A stretch of 62,968 bases of DNA, counting the filler, from Octopus bimaculoides (taxonomy: Eukaryota), in assembly GCF_001194135.2 (NCBI RefSeq). It is 5 parts of 5 records of this genome, joined end to end, with 100 filler letters (N's around TTAATTAATTAA, not from the genome) between each part and the next. Parts side by side here need not be neighbours in the genome. Positions count along the whole stretch, not along the records: positions 22,195 to 33,793 come from NC_068996.1; positions 33,894 to 41,952 come from NC_068992.1; 3 more parts are not named here. One strand, written 5' to 3'. Made by a program: the position numbers and the translations under genes. The notes below the pieces were generated by a model that saw only the letters and a program-made list of their open reading frames with translations, had not been told where the DNA came from and ran no database searches. Below are positions 25,461 to 39,255 of this stretch, in pieces (position 1 is the stretch's first letter; each line of letters starts with the position of its first letter).

Positions 25461-25969
25461 AGTCACCAGTGACTCTCCACGCTATATTTTTAGTATACCA
25501 TTTAATATACCACGCTATATTTTTAATACACCAGTGACTCCCAATGGTGATATTTGTTTTATGGTGCCTCACATTACTATGGTCCAAACCACATTATTTG
25601 AATTTTAGGGAATGTACAGAACACATATTTCTTTGTATTTTTCTGATGGCTTTGTATTTGAATCAATAAAAGCTGAAACAGGATCTGGTAAGAAGGATAT
25701 CTTCATCACTGAAGTGCTGCCCTTCATAAAATAATATTTATGAAAAAGAAGCCATAGTATAATCTATAAAATAATCTGTTGAAAAAATATAAATAAATGA
25801 AAAAAACAAATCCATAAATGGAGTTATGATGGATATTTTAACGCTGTTTAACATGTGTATCGCCGATGACTCACGAAGTACACAATGAATATAATATTCG
25901 TTTTGTACCACAGGATTCACAATTACTACTTATGCTATAAATCAATGTGGTAGTTTATATACTGAACTA

Positions 25970-26283
25970 GAATACATACATACATACATTACATAACATT
26001 ACATTACATTACATACATACATTACATACATTACATACATACATACATTACATAATACATACATTACATACATACATTACATAATACATACATTACATAA
26101 TACATACATTACATACATACATACATAACATACATTACATTACATACATACATATACACATACATACGCACACCTACATACATACATACATATATACATA
26201 CATACATACATATACACATACATACATACATACATACATACATACATACATACATACATACATACATACATGCATACGTACGT

Positions 26284-26320
<37 letters not shown>
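25970..26320. repeat. (TACA)n/(TTACA)n/(GT)n microsatellite
   Basis: Visible. Confidence 0.9.
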
Positions 26321-26324
<4 letters not shown>

Positions 26325-26659
26325 ATGTGACTTAAAAAATTAAGAAATGCATAATTTATAATAAAATTAGATCGCTGGTGCAAAAGAAACTGACGCAAAA
26401 TGGCCTTGGTAGGTAAAGTGTTAACAACTTCTCTCTTTGCTGTCTTATTTAACGTTTCAAAAGACTTTCGGTAGCCTCACTTCCTCTTTCAGTAATGCCC
26501 TCCTTCAATCTGCCTCTTTGATTATATTAATCACTGCTTGATGATTAATATCGAGTTAAGAACTATTTTCTTAGTCGGATTTACCACGTTGATACCAGCC
26601 GGTTGACTTGTTTGAATGTAAATTCATTGATCTTTTTCTCTCCGCCCATTGGTTTTAAT

Positions 26660-27030
26660 ATTTTATCTTTTACTTGTTTCAGTCTTTGGACTGCGGCCAT
26701 GCTTGAAGGGCTTAGTTGAGCAGTGGACCCTAGTACTTATTTATATTTAAAGCTTGGTACTTATTCTACCGGACTCATTTTGCTCAACCACTAAGTTACG
26801 GAATCATAAAGAAACTGACATGGCTGTGAAGCGGTTGTGGTGGGTACAAACACGCACACAAAGATACTTACGCACACACGCGTTTGAATTTCTTCCTTAC
26901 AATTTCCGTTTACCAAATTCACTCACAAGACATAGGTCGGCGCGGAGCTGTACTAAAAAGAAACTTGTTTTAGGTATAACGCAGTGGGACTGAACCTGAA
27001 ACCATGTGGTTGCAAAGCGAGCTTTTTAGC
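26660..27030 (-). mobile_element. SINE B copy
   Basis: cttgtttcagtctttggactgcggccatgct..gcagtgggactgaacctgaaaccatgtgg. Confidence 0.8.
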
Positions 27031-27234
27031 CATGCGACTATTTCTTACGCCATGTGACCACACAGCCATGTTGTGTTTTATGAAATTCACGTTATAAATC
27101 AATTCCAAGATAATTAAATTTATATATGTGGTTGCGAAGAAGAGAAATTATCTAAAATATATGAGTAAATAAATAAATGGAAAGTGAGCGGGTGACTAAA
27201 AATTTTTCATAGACCAACGTATATAGGTCTACAA

Positions 27235-27521
27235 CAGTGAGTGGTTACCAAACTTTTACGGGTTGCCGCCTCCTTGACACCCAAACCACATTCCTAATGC
27301 CCCCCCCCCGCCATCACCCACTACAAGCATAGACCACTTTCTGAAGCAAATTCAACATAACTGTTTTTCCACAAATAAAACTTAACCCATTATTTTGTTG
27401 TTTAGACATTCATCGCCCCCTTCAGCTACCCCATTATCGCCCCACTTTTCTTCAACGCACCCCCTCCCAGGATCTTTCCACCGCCCCAGGAGTGAAGTAC
27501 TGCCCTCTTTGGGAACCACTG
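27235..27521. mobile_element. hAT (Charlie-like) MITE
   Basis: TIRs cagtg(a)gtggttaccaaac and tttgggaaccactg; flanks gtctacaa and gtctactt (6/8 match to an 8-bp TSD). Confidence 0.7.
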
Positions 27522-29268
27522 GTCTACTTTGTCCAATGTGCTATTTCTTCTTTAATGACGAAATTGTGTGAGTTAAGATAAATTTAGCTGTTATTTCTAG
27601 CAGGTCGAACGTCTACGTAAAGGCTCCTTTGTTGGTGCATGTAAACTTGTAATGGAATGGAATGACAATTTTTTAAAATTTTGTCATAATCACTAATCGT
27701 TTATCAGATGTGCTTGAGACCAAAAATGTTTTTCAGTTTTGAATAGTCGTATATTTGCACCTAATCCTCCATCACTGTATGCCCGTCTAAAATACCAGCT
27801 CAGACATGGCACCCAGTCTAGACACATTATACATTTATATTTCACAATACAGCTTATACGCATGCCGTGAATGAAGTTTTTTTAAAATTTGACATGTAAC
27901 CGTTTCGTTTTGATCGCGTTTTTCTATTCACCAAAACCAACCCGCCTCTACCACTTACGTTTCTCAAGAATATTAAACAGCTATACACCATTTTCGCTTT
28001 TTATAGTTTCGTTTTATGCCCATATGCAACCCTATGTTGTTGTTTTTTTTAATGATTTCTAAATAAGTGGCGAAATAACTAAGGTGAAATCACATAGTTC
28101 ACTCTCCTTTTATTTTTTTCATAAAATAACACTTTAAAGGGAAGATCATACTGCCAACAAAAATACACGCACTAATTATGTTTCATTTCAGTTTTATTAC
28201 CTCTCAGATAGTTGATCAGTTGGTCAATATTAATTTGTCAAAGTCCTTTCGTCTCACAGCCTGTAACCTTATCAATGCACATCTTTCTCTTCAATACTTA
28301 TGGTATGTTCGCTGTTCGTCTCACTAGTCATACACTGAGGTGAAAGAGTTACTTGGGGATGGGGGATAGTCATTGATAAGGTTATAGTCTGTGACGAAAT
28401 GACTTTTGACAGACTAATCGATAAATTGATTAATTACCTTAATGAATATCTTTTAGCTTTTACTTTTTTCAGTCGTTGGATTGAAACCACGTTGGGGCAC
28501 CATCTTGAAAGGTTTTAGTTGAATAAATCGATCCCAGTGCTCATTTTTTTAAAAGCCTAATACTTATTCTGTCAATGTCTTTTGTCGAACTGGTAAGTTA
28601 TGAGGACGTAAACAAACTAACACAAAGACACACGCGCATGTGTGTGTGTGTGTCTATATCTTTGTGTTTGTCTCCTCCTGACAACCGGTGATGGCTTGCA
28701 TTTTAACAAGAACATTTTGAAATAAATGAAGACATTATTTGCTATAACAATTATGATATTAAAGAAATAAAGGAAATATATTGTTCATGTTTTAGAGCTA
28801 GGAGAACTTGTAGCCCATGGTCGGCCGCTTACAGCTTCATGTGTGTAATCTCCAAATTCAAGTAATTTTGCATTATGGAACAAACCACGTGAAAACTACT
28901 TTTACGAAACTGAAAACGGTACGTTATACTCAAAGATCAACAAAATAAGTGTGAAAAAAAAAAAAAAAGATTGAACTATAAAATAGTGAAATATTTCTAT
29001 CAAAACATATTTTCCATCACTTTATATTGTTAAATACAAAATAAAATTTACTTAAAATTTGGATCTAAGTCCATCATGAACCCTAGCTTAATCTGGTCCT
29101 AAGGCGTATAAGTGATTGAGGTTACAACTTTGCCACCTGGACAGGACGCCAGTCCGTCACAAGGTTAGCTTCCTAGATATTACTGGAACTCATCGCTGAA
29201 TGAACTGGAGCAACGTGAAATGAGGGTGTTGAACTGACAATCGTGAGATTATAGTTTCGGTTCCCGGA

Positions 29269-29958
29269 TGCGAATTTTTTCCCCACGAGAGTTCCGGACC
29301 TCAGTAATGAATTCATTTACACACAGCCAATCAGAGCTCTCCTATGTGTAGTAGTACACATACTGTATACTACTACAGTGCAGCCAGTCAGGCATAGAAT
29401 GGTGTATGCTACTCTGTGAGTACAACATGGCAGGTCTCACGTAAGCACCACATCCCCCCACTCCACTATCCTCATAAATCAATTGAGCGCCATCTCTATA
29501 TGGAACTAGCATTAGGTACCTATGTTCAGACTGAGATTAGTGATATTGCTTGTACCCATTGATATATGCAAGGAGGGCGCAATACGACACAACACCATAT
29601 TGATTACGATGTTTCCAGATCAAAACTAACATTTTAAATTAGGAATGTACAAAATCAGAGAAACAATTAGGAAACTACACTCATTTATATTTTCTAGTAA
29701 ATTACGCAAATTGGCAACACTTATGGAATCATCGGTGAGCAGCTCTCCATTCACTTTATTCACTAAATTTCACATTTGTCACCCCTATTGACCCGTTTGG
29801 AACAGTTAGATGTTGCTATAGCGCACATTTTCCACTGAACTCAACCAGAGTATTTTCGTGTCTAGGTGGACACTAGTTTGATAGTTGAGCTCTGAATGGC
29901 TGTATGCAAATGAGTTCATAACTGGGATCCGGAACTCTCGTGAGAAAAAAAAATTTCG
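29269..29958. mobile_element. About 690-bp element with about 80-bp TIRs inserted into a SINE D head
   Basis: Arms cgaattttttccccacgagagttccgg..cagccaatcagagctc and their reverse complement at about 29885-29958. Direct repeat tttcggttcccgga at 29255 and 29954; the SINE head rejoins perfectly across it. Confidence 0.75.
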
Positions 29959-30397
29959 GTTCCCGGACAAGGTGATTCGTTGTTTTCTTGAACAAAATAC
30001 CTTGGCCTTATGAGTCCAAGCACTAATGACGGACTAAGAGCCAAGTCCTAAGTAAATTTTATCTAGTTTTCAAAACCATCAAGTGGTGGGAAATATGTTT
30101 TGATAGAAATATTTCACTATTTTATTCAGATCCTTTTGTTTTTCTTTCTCACACCTATTTCGGTGATCTTGAAGTATAACGTACTATTTTCAAGGACGGT
30201 CACGACTGGAACACCTTTGATCGTGATTCTGGTGTTCAACATCACAACTACCACCAACACCACCAACAGCATTCTATGACAACCCGAGGCAATGAAGGTA
30301 CGTTTGTATGATAGGACTGTGGAGTCGGAGCCGTTAAAAATTTACCAACTTTTTGTGATATACAAATAACCCCTGCAATATTGAACATTCAAATATG

Positions 30398-30615
30398 GCG
30401 GCGACCTGGCAGAATCGTTAACACGCCGGGCAAAATGCTTAACGGCATTCCGTCCTTCTTTACGATCTGAATTCAAATTCCGCCAAGGTGGATTTTGCCT
30501 TTCATCCTTTTGAGGGTCGAAAATATGACAACAAATCAGTTGAACACTGGGGGTCGATGTAATCGACTTACCCCTCCCACCGAAATTGCTGACCTTGTGC
30601 TAAAATTTGAAACTA
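30398..30615 (+). mobile_element. SINE A copy
   Basis: ggcggcgacctggcagaatcgttaacacgccgggc..gaattcaaattccgccaagg. Confidence 0.85.
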
Positions 30616-30774
30616 ACAATGTACGTTCAAGTTTCCAATTTCACTAATCATTATTTAAAAATTATCGAATCAGATTTAATTCCTCTTTGAAGTAGGAACT
30701 GGTAGAAGCAATTCAGTTTCTATGAACATGATGCTAGTAAATTTTTGATTTAACGTTTTATTCTATACCTTTTT

Positions 30775-31090
30775 TACATTTTACTTGATTTTGGTCTTTG
30801 GATTCCGGCTATACTGAGGCACCGCTTTGAAAAATTTAATCAAATAAATCTCGATACGTATTTTAAAAAATTTGGTACTTATTCTAGCAGTCTTTTTTGT
30901 AAGAAACCGATACCGGTTATCAAGTAGTGGTGGGAGGGAACAGACACAAACACAAAGACATAGATGCGACGCATTTCTTCATTGTATCCGTCAACGAAAT
31001 TCAGCCCACAAGGCATCGGTCGGCCCATGGCTATGGAAAACACCCAGTATGCTGCATAGTGGAACTGAACTTGAAAGCACATATTTGGAA
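30775..31090 (-). mobile_element. Decayed SINE B copy
   Basis: Similarity to other B copies (ggtacttattcta..gtggaactgaacttgaaagc). Confidence 0.65.
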
Positions 31091-31130
31091 AGTGAGCTTC
31101 TTATCTACAGATAGATAGATAAGCCTACGC

Positions 31131-31211
<81 letters not shown>

Positions 31212-31308
31212 GATACACTAACCCCCCCCCCCNNNNNNNNNNTCTTAAGATATCTATCTATCTATCTACCTGGCTATCTATCTACCTGGCTATCTATCTA
31301 TCTGTCTG

Positions 31309-31358
<50 letters not shown>

Positions 31359-31897
31359 GATACACTACCCCCACCACACACACACACACTATATTTCTTT
31401 AATAAATATTTTTTTCCAATATTTTCCAATATAATTTTATATTTCATTTGATGTAAACTTTCTTTTTGCATTCCCTTCTATTTAACAATTTGTAAACAAT
31501 CCTTTAACTTCAGATGAAAAGGAATGGTATGTATCGAATTGAGTTTATTTCTTTCAAAATTGGTATTTTGTAAAGTTACTTTAGGTACACTCAGTCGTTT
31601 ACTTCTGACTTTGATCTACTTTTAATTGTTTTGTAATGATACAGCAAATATATTTCTGACATTCTTTTAGTAGTATTTTAATTTTTTTTTGTTTCTTTTA
31701 GCCTTTTCATAAATAGAGCCTCAACGTTTTTACTTGTTAGTTTTGTCTTATGATTTTTAGTGTGTAACTTCTTTAATAAATAATATAGAAAAACACAAAA
31801 CAAAGCCCATAGTGGCATAGCTAGAGCCTTTAAAACCAAACTTTATGCCAGTCATGAGCCGTATGACTGAAGGCTGGACGTTAACCTGGTTTCTAAG

Positions 31898-32400
31898 CAG
31901 GGCTAGATTAAAACCCATGGAGGCCCTAAGCAACTTAAAAGATTTTGCTGTACCCCATATGTAATTCAAAATATAAACAATAATAAACCATAAAATAAAT
32001 TTATATTTTCCAAAATGAAACAAAACTAACCATAAGATGGAAAATAATGTTTATTTTTGTATACTTCCAATTTATTTATATTTGAAAAGTTTTCTTCTAC
32101 TTATTTTTTAATTGGAAAGTCTTTTGATCAGAGCCTGAAGAGTAATCTTAAGTGACATATTTGCTTCTATACGTAATAGAGATAAGGCATCCAGGGTATC
32201 TTGTTGCGTACTTGTTCTGATGGGATTTTCCATATACTTCAACTGAGACAATCATCGTTCAGCTGAGCAATTTGTGCTCATTAATGTTAAAAATATACGA
32301 AAGAATGTCTACATTTCGAAAGGCACATTCAGTAATGTTTATTTTAACAAGTTTGAAGTGATTTCTTCCTTACTGTAAAACATTTACCAATCCAGCGCTG
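31898..32400 (-). mobile_element. Non-autonomous hAT (Tip100-like) deletion derivative with dimerisation-domain remnant
   Basis: TIRs cagggctagatt and aatccagcgctg; flanks tttctaag and tttttatg; minus-strand LTLMSTNCSAER*LSQLKYMENPIRTSTQQDTLDALSLLRIEAN. Confidence 0.8.
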
Positions 32401-32589
32401 TTTTTATGTCGTATAAATGGCTGGTATTTGAATATTCCCTCTGGCCGTCCTGAACTGGACACCGCGCTGAATTCATTTGCAGCTGAGTGGATTGGAATAA
32501 CGTGAAATATTTTGCTCGATAATATATCACTTGAGCTGCTTCTAGAATCGAAACCGCGATCTTACGATGATAACTTTACTTCCTCCGTG

Positions 32590-32628
<39 letters not shown>

Positions 32629-32740
32629 TTGAATGTGTATGCTATGATATAATACGTATAATATTTATAAGTCTATTAAACATATACGTATACATGTATG
32701 TAAGAATGTGTATGTTTATATGTATTTATGTGTGTCTGTT

Positions 32741-32783
<43 letters not shown>

Positions 32784-33012
32784 TTATCGATCGTTTTAAC
32801 CAGGTATATATTTAGAGAAATACATTGATGGATAGGTGTATATATATATATATAATACATTTCTGTACTCTCGCAAACTTCTTGAATTTTCTGCCATATG
32901 TTATAACATTGAGGTTTAATCATCTATTATCAAACAAGCTTTAACTTACAGTGAATATGCATTTCTTTATTTAAATATGTACACGCGCGTGCGCACACAC
33001 AGATATCCATGT

Positions 33013-33062
<50 letters not shown>

Positions 33063-33739
33063 TATGTATGTGTCTATATACACAGTAGGTAATGAAGAAT
33101 AGTGTTATGAACGCAACATTGACAGTGAAAGATAGATATTCCAGTGGTAATAATGTGTGTATGTGTGTGTTAACTGATGCTATCGAGTACGCATGGTGTA
33201 CAGCTGTTTATCGTAAGTAAAAGAAACAGCTTGTTAGGGGTCTTTAGATCTGCTAGAAATAGAAACTTCCCCCGAAGCTTTCTCAGCTGTCGTAAAATAA
33301 ACGGAAACAAACACTGGAAACCATACGTCTGTCTACTCGTGGCTAGAATAATCAGAAAGGAAAGCATAAATGTTTTGGTTATGTGTGGAATACGTTTACA
33401 TTCATCTGCACAATGAGTGCAGTCAGCGAGATAAGCAATAACGACAATCAAAACGAACAAAAACGAGAGCATTAACAATGAGAACAACAAGAATAACGAT
33501 AACAGGTAACAACGAGAACAACGTCAACAACGAGATGTACTACTACTACTATTACTACTGCTACTGCTGCTAGTCAATGCTATATACGCTATATTACAGA
33601 AGTTGATATGAAATCTGTTAATTTGAGGAGCAAGGCTGAATGCATTATTTAAATTGTTGAAATTTAAAGCACTTCGGGAAGAATATAGGAGACAACTTCC
33701 CTTTCTTTTTCTCTCTCTGTATATACACAAACACACACA

Positions 33740-33793
<54 letters not shown>

Positions 33794-33893
33794 NNNNNNN
33801 NNNNNNNNNNNNNNNNNNNNNNNNNNNNNNNNNNNNNTTAATTAATTAANNNNNNNNNNNNNNNNNNNNNNNNNNNNNNNNNNNNNNNNNNNN
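33794..33893. other. Artificial scaffold-joining spacer
   Basis: 44N + TTAATTAATTAA + 44N. Confidence 0.95.
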
Positions 33894-35069
33894 TATATAT
33901 ATATATATATATATTAGTTATGTTGAAATTGGTGATACGTGAAAGTGCAGCATTAACGACAAATCATTTGTTGAGTAAATGATGGGCTAATTCAACGAAG
34001 TGACATGTCATGCGTCTGTTTGGAGGAATCCAGGCCCTAACCTATCATCAAAAATGAGGTTGGGAGTATGTGATTTTTGAATGCAAGAAAACGCTGTTAT
34101 CGAATCTACTCTCTTTTGCTGTGTTCGGCACTGCGTCTAACACGCCCTGTCGTACGTTTGACAGTCGAATGAATGTAAGTGTAATGGCGATATTGTAGGT
34201 AACTGTGTATTCCGTAAATGGGCTGCAATGGAAGACGACAACGGGGAAGTGAACCGTTGAAATGTTGCAGAAGGCGAAGAGTTGACATTAGATTGCTGGT
34301 ATGGCTGTAGAATAAGAAACATAAACTTAGCCTATGCAATCACATGAGACTATGTAGTAATGAGTTACTTCGAAAAATAAGGCCTAATGGCTAACTGTGT
34401 GGTTGGTGAGGGTAATTGGAGAATATGCTTTGATACTGAAGTCCATGCAGGAATCTTGTTTGTTGGTGCAGTCTTCGGGTTTGTTGGTATTATCCCGAAA
34501 TGGTATACATTTTCACCAATACACAAAGAGAAGTGGACACCGGATATAGTAGTTCCTACGAAACCTCTTGGTAAACAATATTCTTTGTTTTCCCTTGTGG
34601 AAAAAATGCAAATAGATTTTTGTTGTTTCCCACTGTAGAGTAGCCAAAATATAATTGCCCGTGTGAGAAGACACTTCCAAGTGAATTCCTACCACAGACA
34701 GTGTTTGACTCTGGATTTATTGATAAACATTGTGAAATTGATACAAATAGGAAATTGCTCTCTTCTAAATTAAAATGTAATTTCTGTTCGCGATGGAATG
34801 AGAGCAATCCTGGGTATGAAAACATCCTCTCCTTTTCCACATCCAGAGAGAATGGTGGCCTCTATAACATGTGGCATCATCTTCTTTACCATCAGGCGAG
34901 TCGCATTGCAGTGTTCAAAATACCTATATTTTATTCCAAAAATATGTAAATTGTAACTCTAATAGAATTTAGAACGGAAAATGTGTCCACCTTCAAGCAC
35001 CTCAGGGTAAACAATATTCATTGTCTAACTTTATGTTGGTGTCAACAGGAATACATTGTTGCTGCTTCC

Positions 35070-35690
35070 AACTCGTGAGCAAGCAATATAAAGTTGGCTG
35101 TGAGAGAAACATGTAGTAAAGAGATGAAGCCCAACAACCTTGAGGGTGTGACTCTGAGATTTGTTGACTGAAATAGCAAAATTTAGTTTGAATGGAAACT
35201 GAAGCTTCTTAAATTGAAATGGAACATATGTAGGTGTGAGAGGAATTCCTTTTCTCCTTTGTAACTACCTGTTATGATTGTTGCGTCTAGGATATGGGGC
35301 TTCATGGAAATAACAATTAACCGAGTTCTATTACACAGGCGAGGTGGGTCAAGATTCCTAAGCAGCATAAGGGGAGCACCCAGTTTTACTGTCAAGTTAT
35401 TCGGTGGCATCCCAATGGGTCTGACTGTGTTCAGAAATTCAGTTGGGTATTGAACAGCCTGATTTTGATCGACTGTTGTGTCATTTGATCGAAAAGTAAT
35501 TTCTGATGTACCTTTTAACTTTTGAAGAAGTTCATCATTGAGTTTATCAACTGCTTCATTTGCTGGAGCCAGTGTAGCTCTTTCACGTATCCAGTTCACA
35601 TCAGTGTAATTGACAGAAGAATTAGGAAATACTTTATCCATAAAATCCATAAGAGAAAGCACCGTTGGCCGCATGTAATTTCATATACCC
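35070..35690 (-). mobile_element. Helitron PIF1-helicase remnant
   Basis: ERATLAPANEAVDKLN..YPTEFLN..GMPPNNLTVKLGAPLMLLRNLDPPRLCNRTRL; after a frameshift FPFKLNFAISVNKSQSHTLKVVGL..FSHSQLYIACSRVG. Confidence 0.92.
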
Positions 35691-35819
35691 GAAATCTTTG
35701 GTTGAATGTTAATATCCCATCAGTAGTCTTAAGATGCTCCTATGAGAATTCAGTAGTTATAGGATCACTTTGTAGATCACAAATTTGAGGTCTGTGAAGC
35801 TGACGATTTTAAAAAGTAG

Positions 35820-36370
35820 ACAACTTATACTATCCTTATCTACTGGCTTATAACATACTCTATCTCGATACGATTTAGATGACTCTATACGGTTAATCCA
35901 TGCTCACAATGTCACATTCGGGAAATACTGTCGGTACGTGTCAAACTTGAAAACGTTTGAGCAGGTTTGCGAGTCTTTTGCACTTTCCCCTCTTCTAAAA
36001 GCTAGCCCAACACAGTCTAAGCATGCTTCCAAGATGTCACTCTAGTCGTCCATTAGCACTAAAGGGCGAGACATTCTCAAGAAAACTTTCAGACGTCTGA
36101 AGAAATCCGGCTGTTCTGCCCCTATTGAAGCATAAACAGCCACCGGAATCAAAGCGCTCCCATCGCTACTGATCACATCTAGAACCATCAACTTATCTTC
36201 TGGGTCTAGGAAGATGTCTCTTATCTTGAGATCCAGACTATTCTCAGTTGACATAGAGTTAAGTAAAAGATTTTCCCACTGAAATCGGGCATGAAATGTT
36301 GGCTGGAGAGTCTGATCTCACTGACAGCCACGACATCTAAACTTAGTGACCTAAAATCATTGAGTAGATG
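35820..36370 (-). mobile_element. Tx1/L1 APE endonuclease remnant
   Basis: LDVVAVSEIRL; DPEDKLMVLDV..VAVYASIGAEQPDFFRRLKVFL..LVLMDD; ..SKSYRDRV. Confidence 0.8.
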
Positions 36371-37037
36371 GCTCTGTTCCCAAGGTAACTCTTACCCATG
36401 TACATTTATACTGCTATTCGGAGCTAGGCCATGTTGGATAATTAAATACAGGGAGACAATGAGAGAGCTACTTACTGTAGTTTTGTGACGGACGGGGGTT
36501 CGGTGTTTCATCTCTGTTTAGATGTGGGCGTTTACATATGCAGTTCTTTGTAAAGTCTTTTGTTAACGTTTTTAGTTAAATGTCCTATCCCATTAGGGTA
36601 TTCGCTTTTTAATGTGTTACATATGTGTAGTTGTATTCGTATGATTTTTATGCGTCTAGGTATGTCGGTTGGCGGTGTGATGAAATTGCACTTGTGATGG
36701 CTGTATGCTTGTGTATGTTATTCAATTAAAGATTTTTGGTCGTTTTTATGGCAAAGTAGTTGATGATGCTTAAAATATGTTCGTGTTGGGATTTGTGATC
36801 AAACTGTTGAACATGTCAATTAGATTGTGCTTGCAGTTGTAGTAGTGATAGGGTTGATGTTGACAATGTTAGCGTAGTTGAGATTGGAGACGTTATTTGG
36901 GCATTGCTTCTCAAAGGCATCTTACCCATTTGTCTGTATCTGCCAGATTTTTGTGTTGGTGTTTGTGTGTTTTTGTTCCCCTTTGTTTTATTGGCCTTAC
37001 TGACCATTTGCTATTTACGTTCCTCACCTCCTTCTCA

Positions 37038-37382
37038 TTACAGGATAAGTCTGAGTGGCTCGAAGATAGAAGGGGTATGCCTTGGGGAGATTTTGGTGTA
37101 TTTTCGAGGTAGCTGTTGCTGTTTTGGAGGTTTCTGATGTGTTGCTGCTGTTGATGGTGCTGTTGATGCGGTGGCTGCAGTAATTGTTATTGCTGCTGTT
37201 TTCGCAGCTGCTACTTTCAGCCCTGCTGTTGGTGATGTTGTGGACACCTGCCACTGTTGGTGTTCTTGCAGCCATTTTTCTATCTGCTGGTGTCTTGCAC
37301 ACTCTCCTTCAGCCTTTCTTTTCGATAGTTTCGCTTGAACTATCCTTAAATTAGTTTCTTGATGCCCTAACCACTGGGCCAT
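37038..37382 (-). pseudogene. A/T/Q-rich ORF upstream of the Tx1 APE; possibly an ORF1 remnant
   Basis: Same strand and upstream position relative to the APE; low-complexity sequence only. Confidence 0.3.
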
Positions 37383-37483
37383 TGCGCCCCCACATATTTA
37401 ATTAATATAGTGCTATATTAATGTTTACATTATTTACATTATCTACATTTGACGGATATTCGTCCTCATCTTGTTTGTTGTTA

Positions 37484-37527
37484 ACACAACGTTTCGGCTG
37501 ATATACCCTCCAGCCTTCGTCAGGTGT
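37484..37527 (-). ncRNA. Minimal type I hammerhead ribozyme
   Basis: acac-CTGACGA-a-ggctg(gagggtatat)cagcc-GAAAC-GTT-gtgt on the minus strand. Confidence 0.85.
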
Positions 37528-37572
37528 CTTGGGGAAATTTCGAACCTGGGTTCTCATTCCTATCGATGTTAC

Positions 37573-37644
<72 letters not shown>

Positions 37645-37706
37645 CAGGTCGCTGATTAATAATAGGAATGATAGGAATGAGAACCCAGGTTCGAAATTTC
37701 CCCAAG

Positions 37707-37750
37707 ACACCTGACGAAGGCTGGAGGGTATATCAGCCGAAACGTTGTGT
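37707..37750 (+). ncRNA. Minimal type I hammerhead ribozyme
   Basis: acac-CTGACGA-a-ggctg(gagggtatat)cagcc-GAAAC-GTT-gtgt; palindromic AACGTT stem III, GUU site. Confidence 0.85.
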
Positions 37751-38139
37751 TAACAACAAACAAGATGAGGACGAATATCCGTCAAATGTAGATAATGTAA
37801 ATAATGTAAATAATTCCTCATCTCTTAAATATAGAACTGTATATTAATGTTATGTTAATTATTTCCACTTGAATTGTACGTGGAGTTATTCTTTAGTATT
37901 GAATAATTGCGTTCGATTCTTGACCATCCTCTTTGATATTTTAGTTTTCTTTTAGTGTAGCGGGTGATATTTTGTTCCTTTATGTCATTTTTATTTCAAA
38001 TGAAGCTTTGACCAAAACGGAGTTTAATACTATATCTAGTAAATAAAGCGACAGCGTTAACGCTACTCCGCTTGGTTTTCTGGTTTTATTGGCGAACTAG
38101 CGGTGGGGGAGTTTTATGCGTTTGTAGAACATAAGCTAA

Positions 38140-38298
38140 ATATCTTTTATCGTGTGCTTGTTTCAGTCACATGACAGGAGCCATGCTAGGAAACTGCCCA
38201 GAAGTGATCAAGGGAACCCAGACACCAGTACGTACCTTCTTAGTCTGATATGTATTCTACAGGTTGCACCGAATGTCACGCGGGAGGAAGGACACACA

Positions 38299-38349
<51 letters not shown>

Positions 38350-38520
38350 TTTAGGTATTCCACACATTTTCTTTCCCCCAATCCACACACGCGGTGATGG
38401 TCGGCCGGGGGGCTACTGTAGAAGAAAAATACTTGCTAAGGTACTATGTAATGGAATCGAACCCAAAACCACGTAGTTGCAAAAGCAAGCATCTTAACCA
38501 CACGGTCATGCCGGCACCTA
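38140..38520 (-). mobile_element. Decayed SINE B copy
   Basis: gcttgtttcagtcacatgac..(AC)n..aaatacttgctaaggtac..atcgaacccaaaaccacg. Confidence 0.7.
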
Positions 38521-38848
38521 TCAGCCAAGACTACACCTATCATACTAAAAGTTATTTATGATTAAAATCCCACATTGATCTATGGCATCGGTGAGATTTG
38601 AACCCATTTATGCAAGGAATGGTGTTAGTGATATTTAAAGCTATAAGCTTTTTTTTTATTAGCGATGTTCACTTCGTATATTCAAATATTGAATTTTTTA
38701 TTGACTTAAGCTTGGACATTCTCAACAAAAATTTCAAGCGAGGACCCGATCAGGCAATGATATCATATGCACAGCAACAATAACTATCGATATAAAAGAA
38801 TTGAAATAACAGCTGCAGCAAAGCAACAACGGCAACAAAAACAGCATC

Positions 38849-38921
<73 letters not shown>

Positions 38922-38964
38922 GAGGAAAATTAGTTAAAAGTAGCAATATAACACTAGATAAAGC

Positions 38965-39255
38965 CAATGAAATAAGAGAACTAGACGAAAGTCAACCATA
39001 TAAGTATTTAGGAGTCAATGAACTAGATAGGATACAACATACACAAATGAAAGAAAAAATAAAGAAAGAGTACTATAGACGAGTTAGATCAATACTAAAA
39101 ACAGAGCTCAATGCTAAAAACAAGATAATGGGTATCAACACTTTAGCTGTCCCAGTTATAAGCTACAGCTACAACATCCTTAACTGGACACTAAACGAAC
39201 TATGTAAAATAGACAGGAAAACAAGAAAAATAATGACAGGATATAGGATGCACCA
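38965..39255 (+). mobile_element. R4/Dong-like LINE RT thumb fragment
   Basis: YKYLGV..MKEKIKKEYYRRVRSILKTELNAKNKIMGINTLAVPVISYSYNILNW..LCKIDRKTRKIM. Confidence 0.8.

Larger units (their letters stand above)
37424..37810. mobile_element. Perfect 140-bp inverted repeat carrying hammerheads; non-autonomous Penelope-type pLTR palindrome
   Basis: 37424-37563 is the exact reverse complement of 37671-37810; spacer of (ATT)n plus a small hairpin. Confidence 0.9.
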
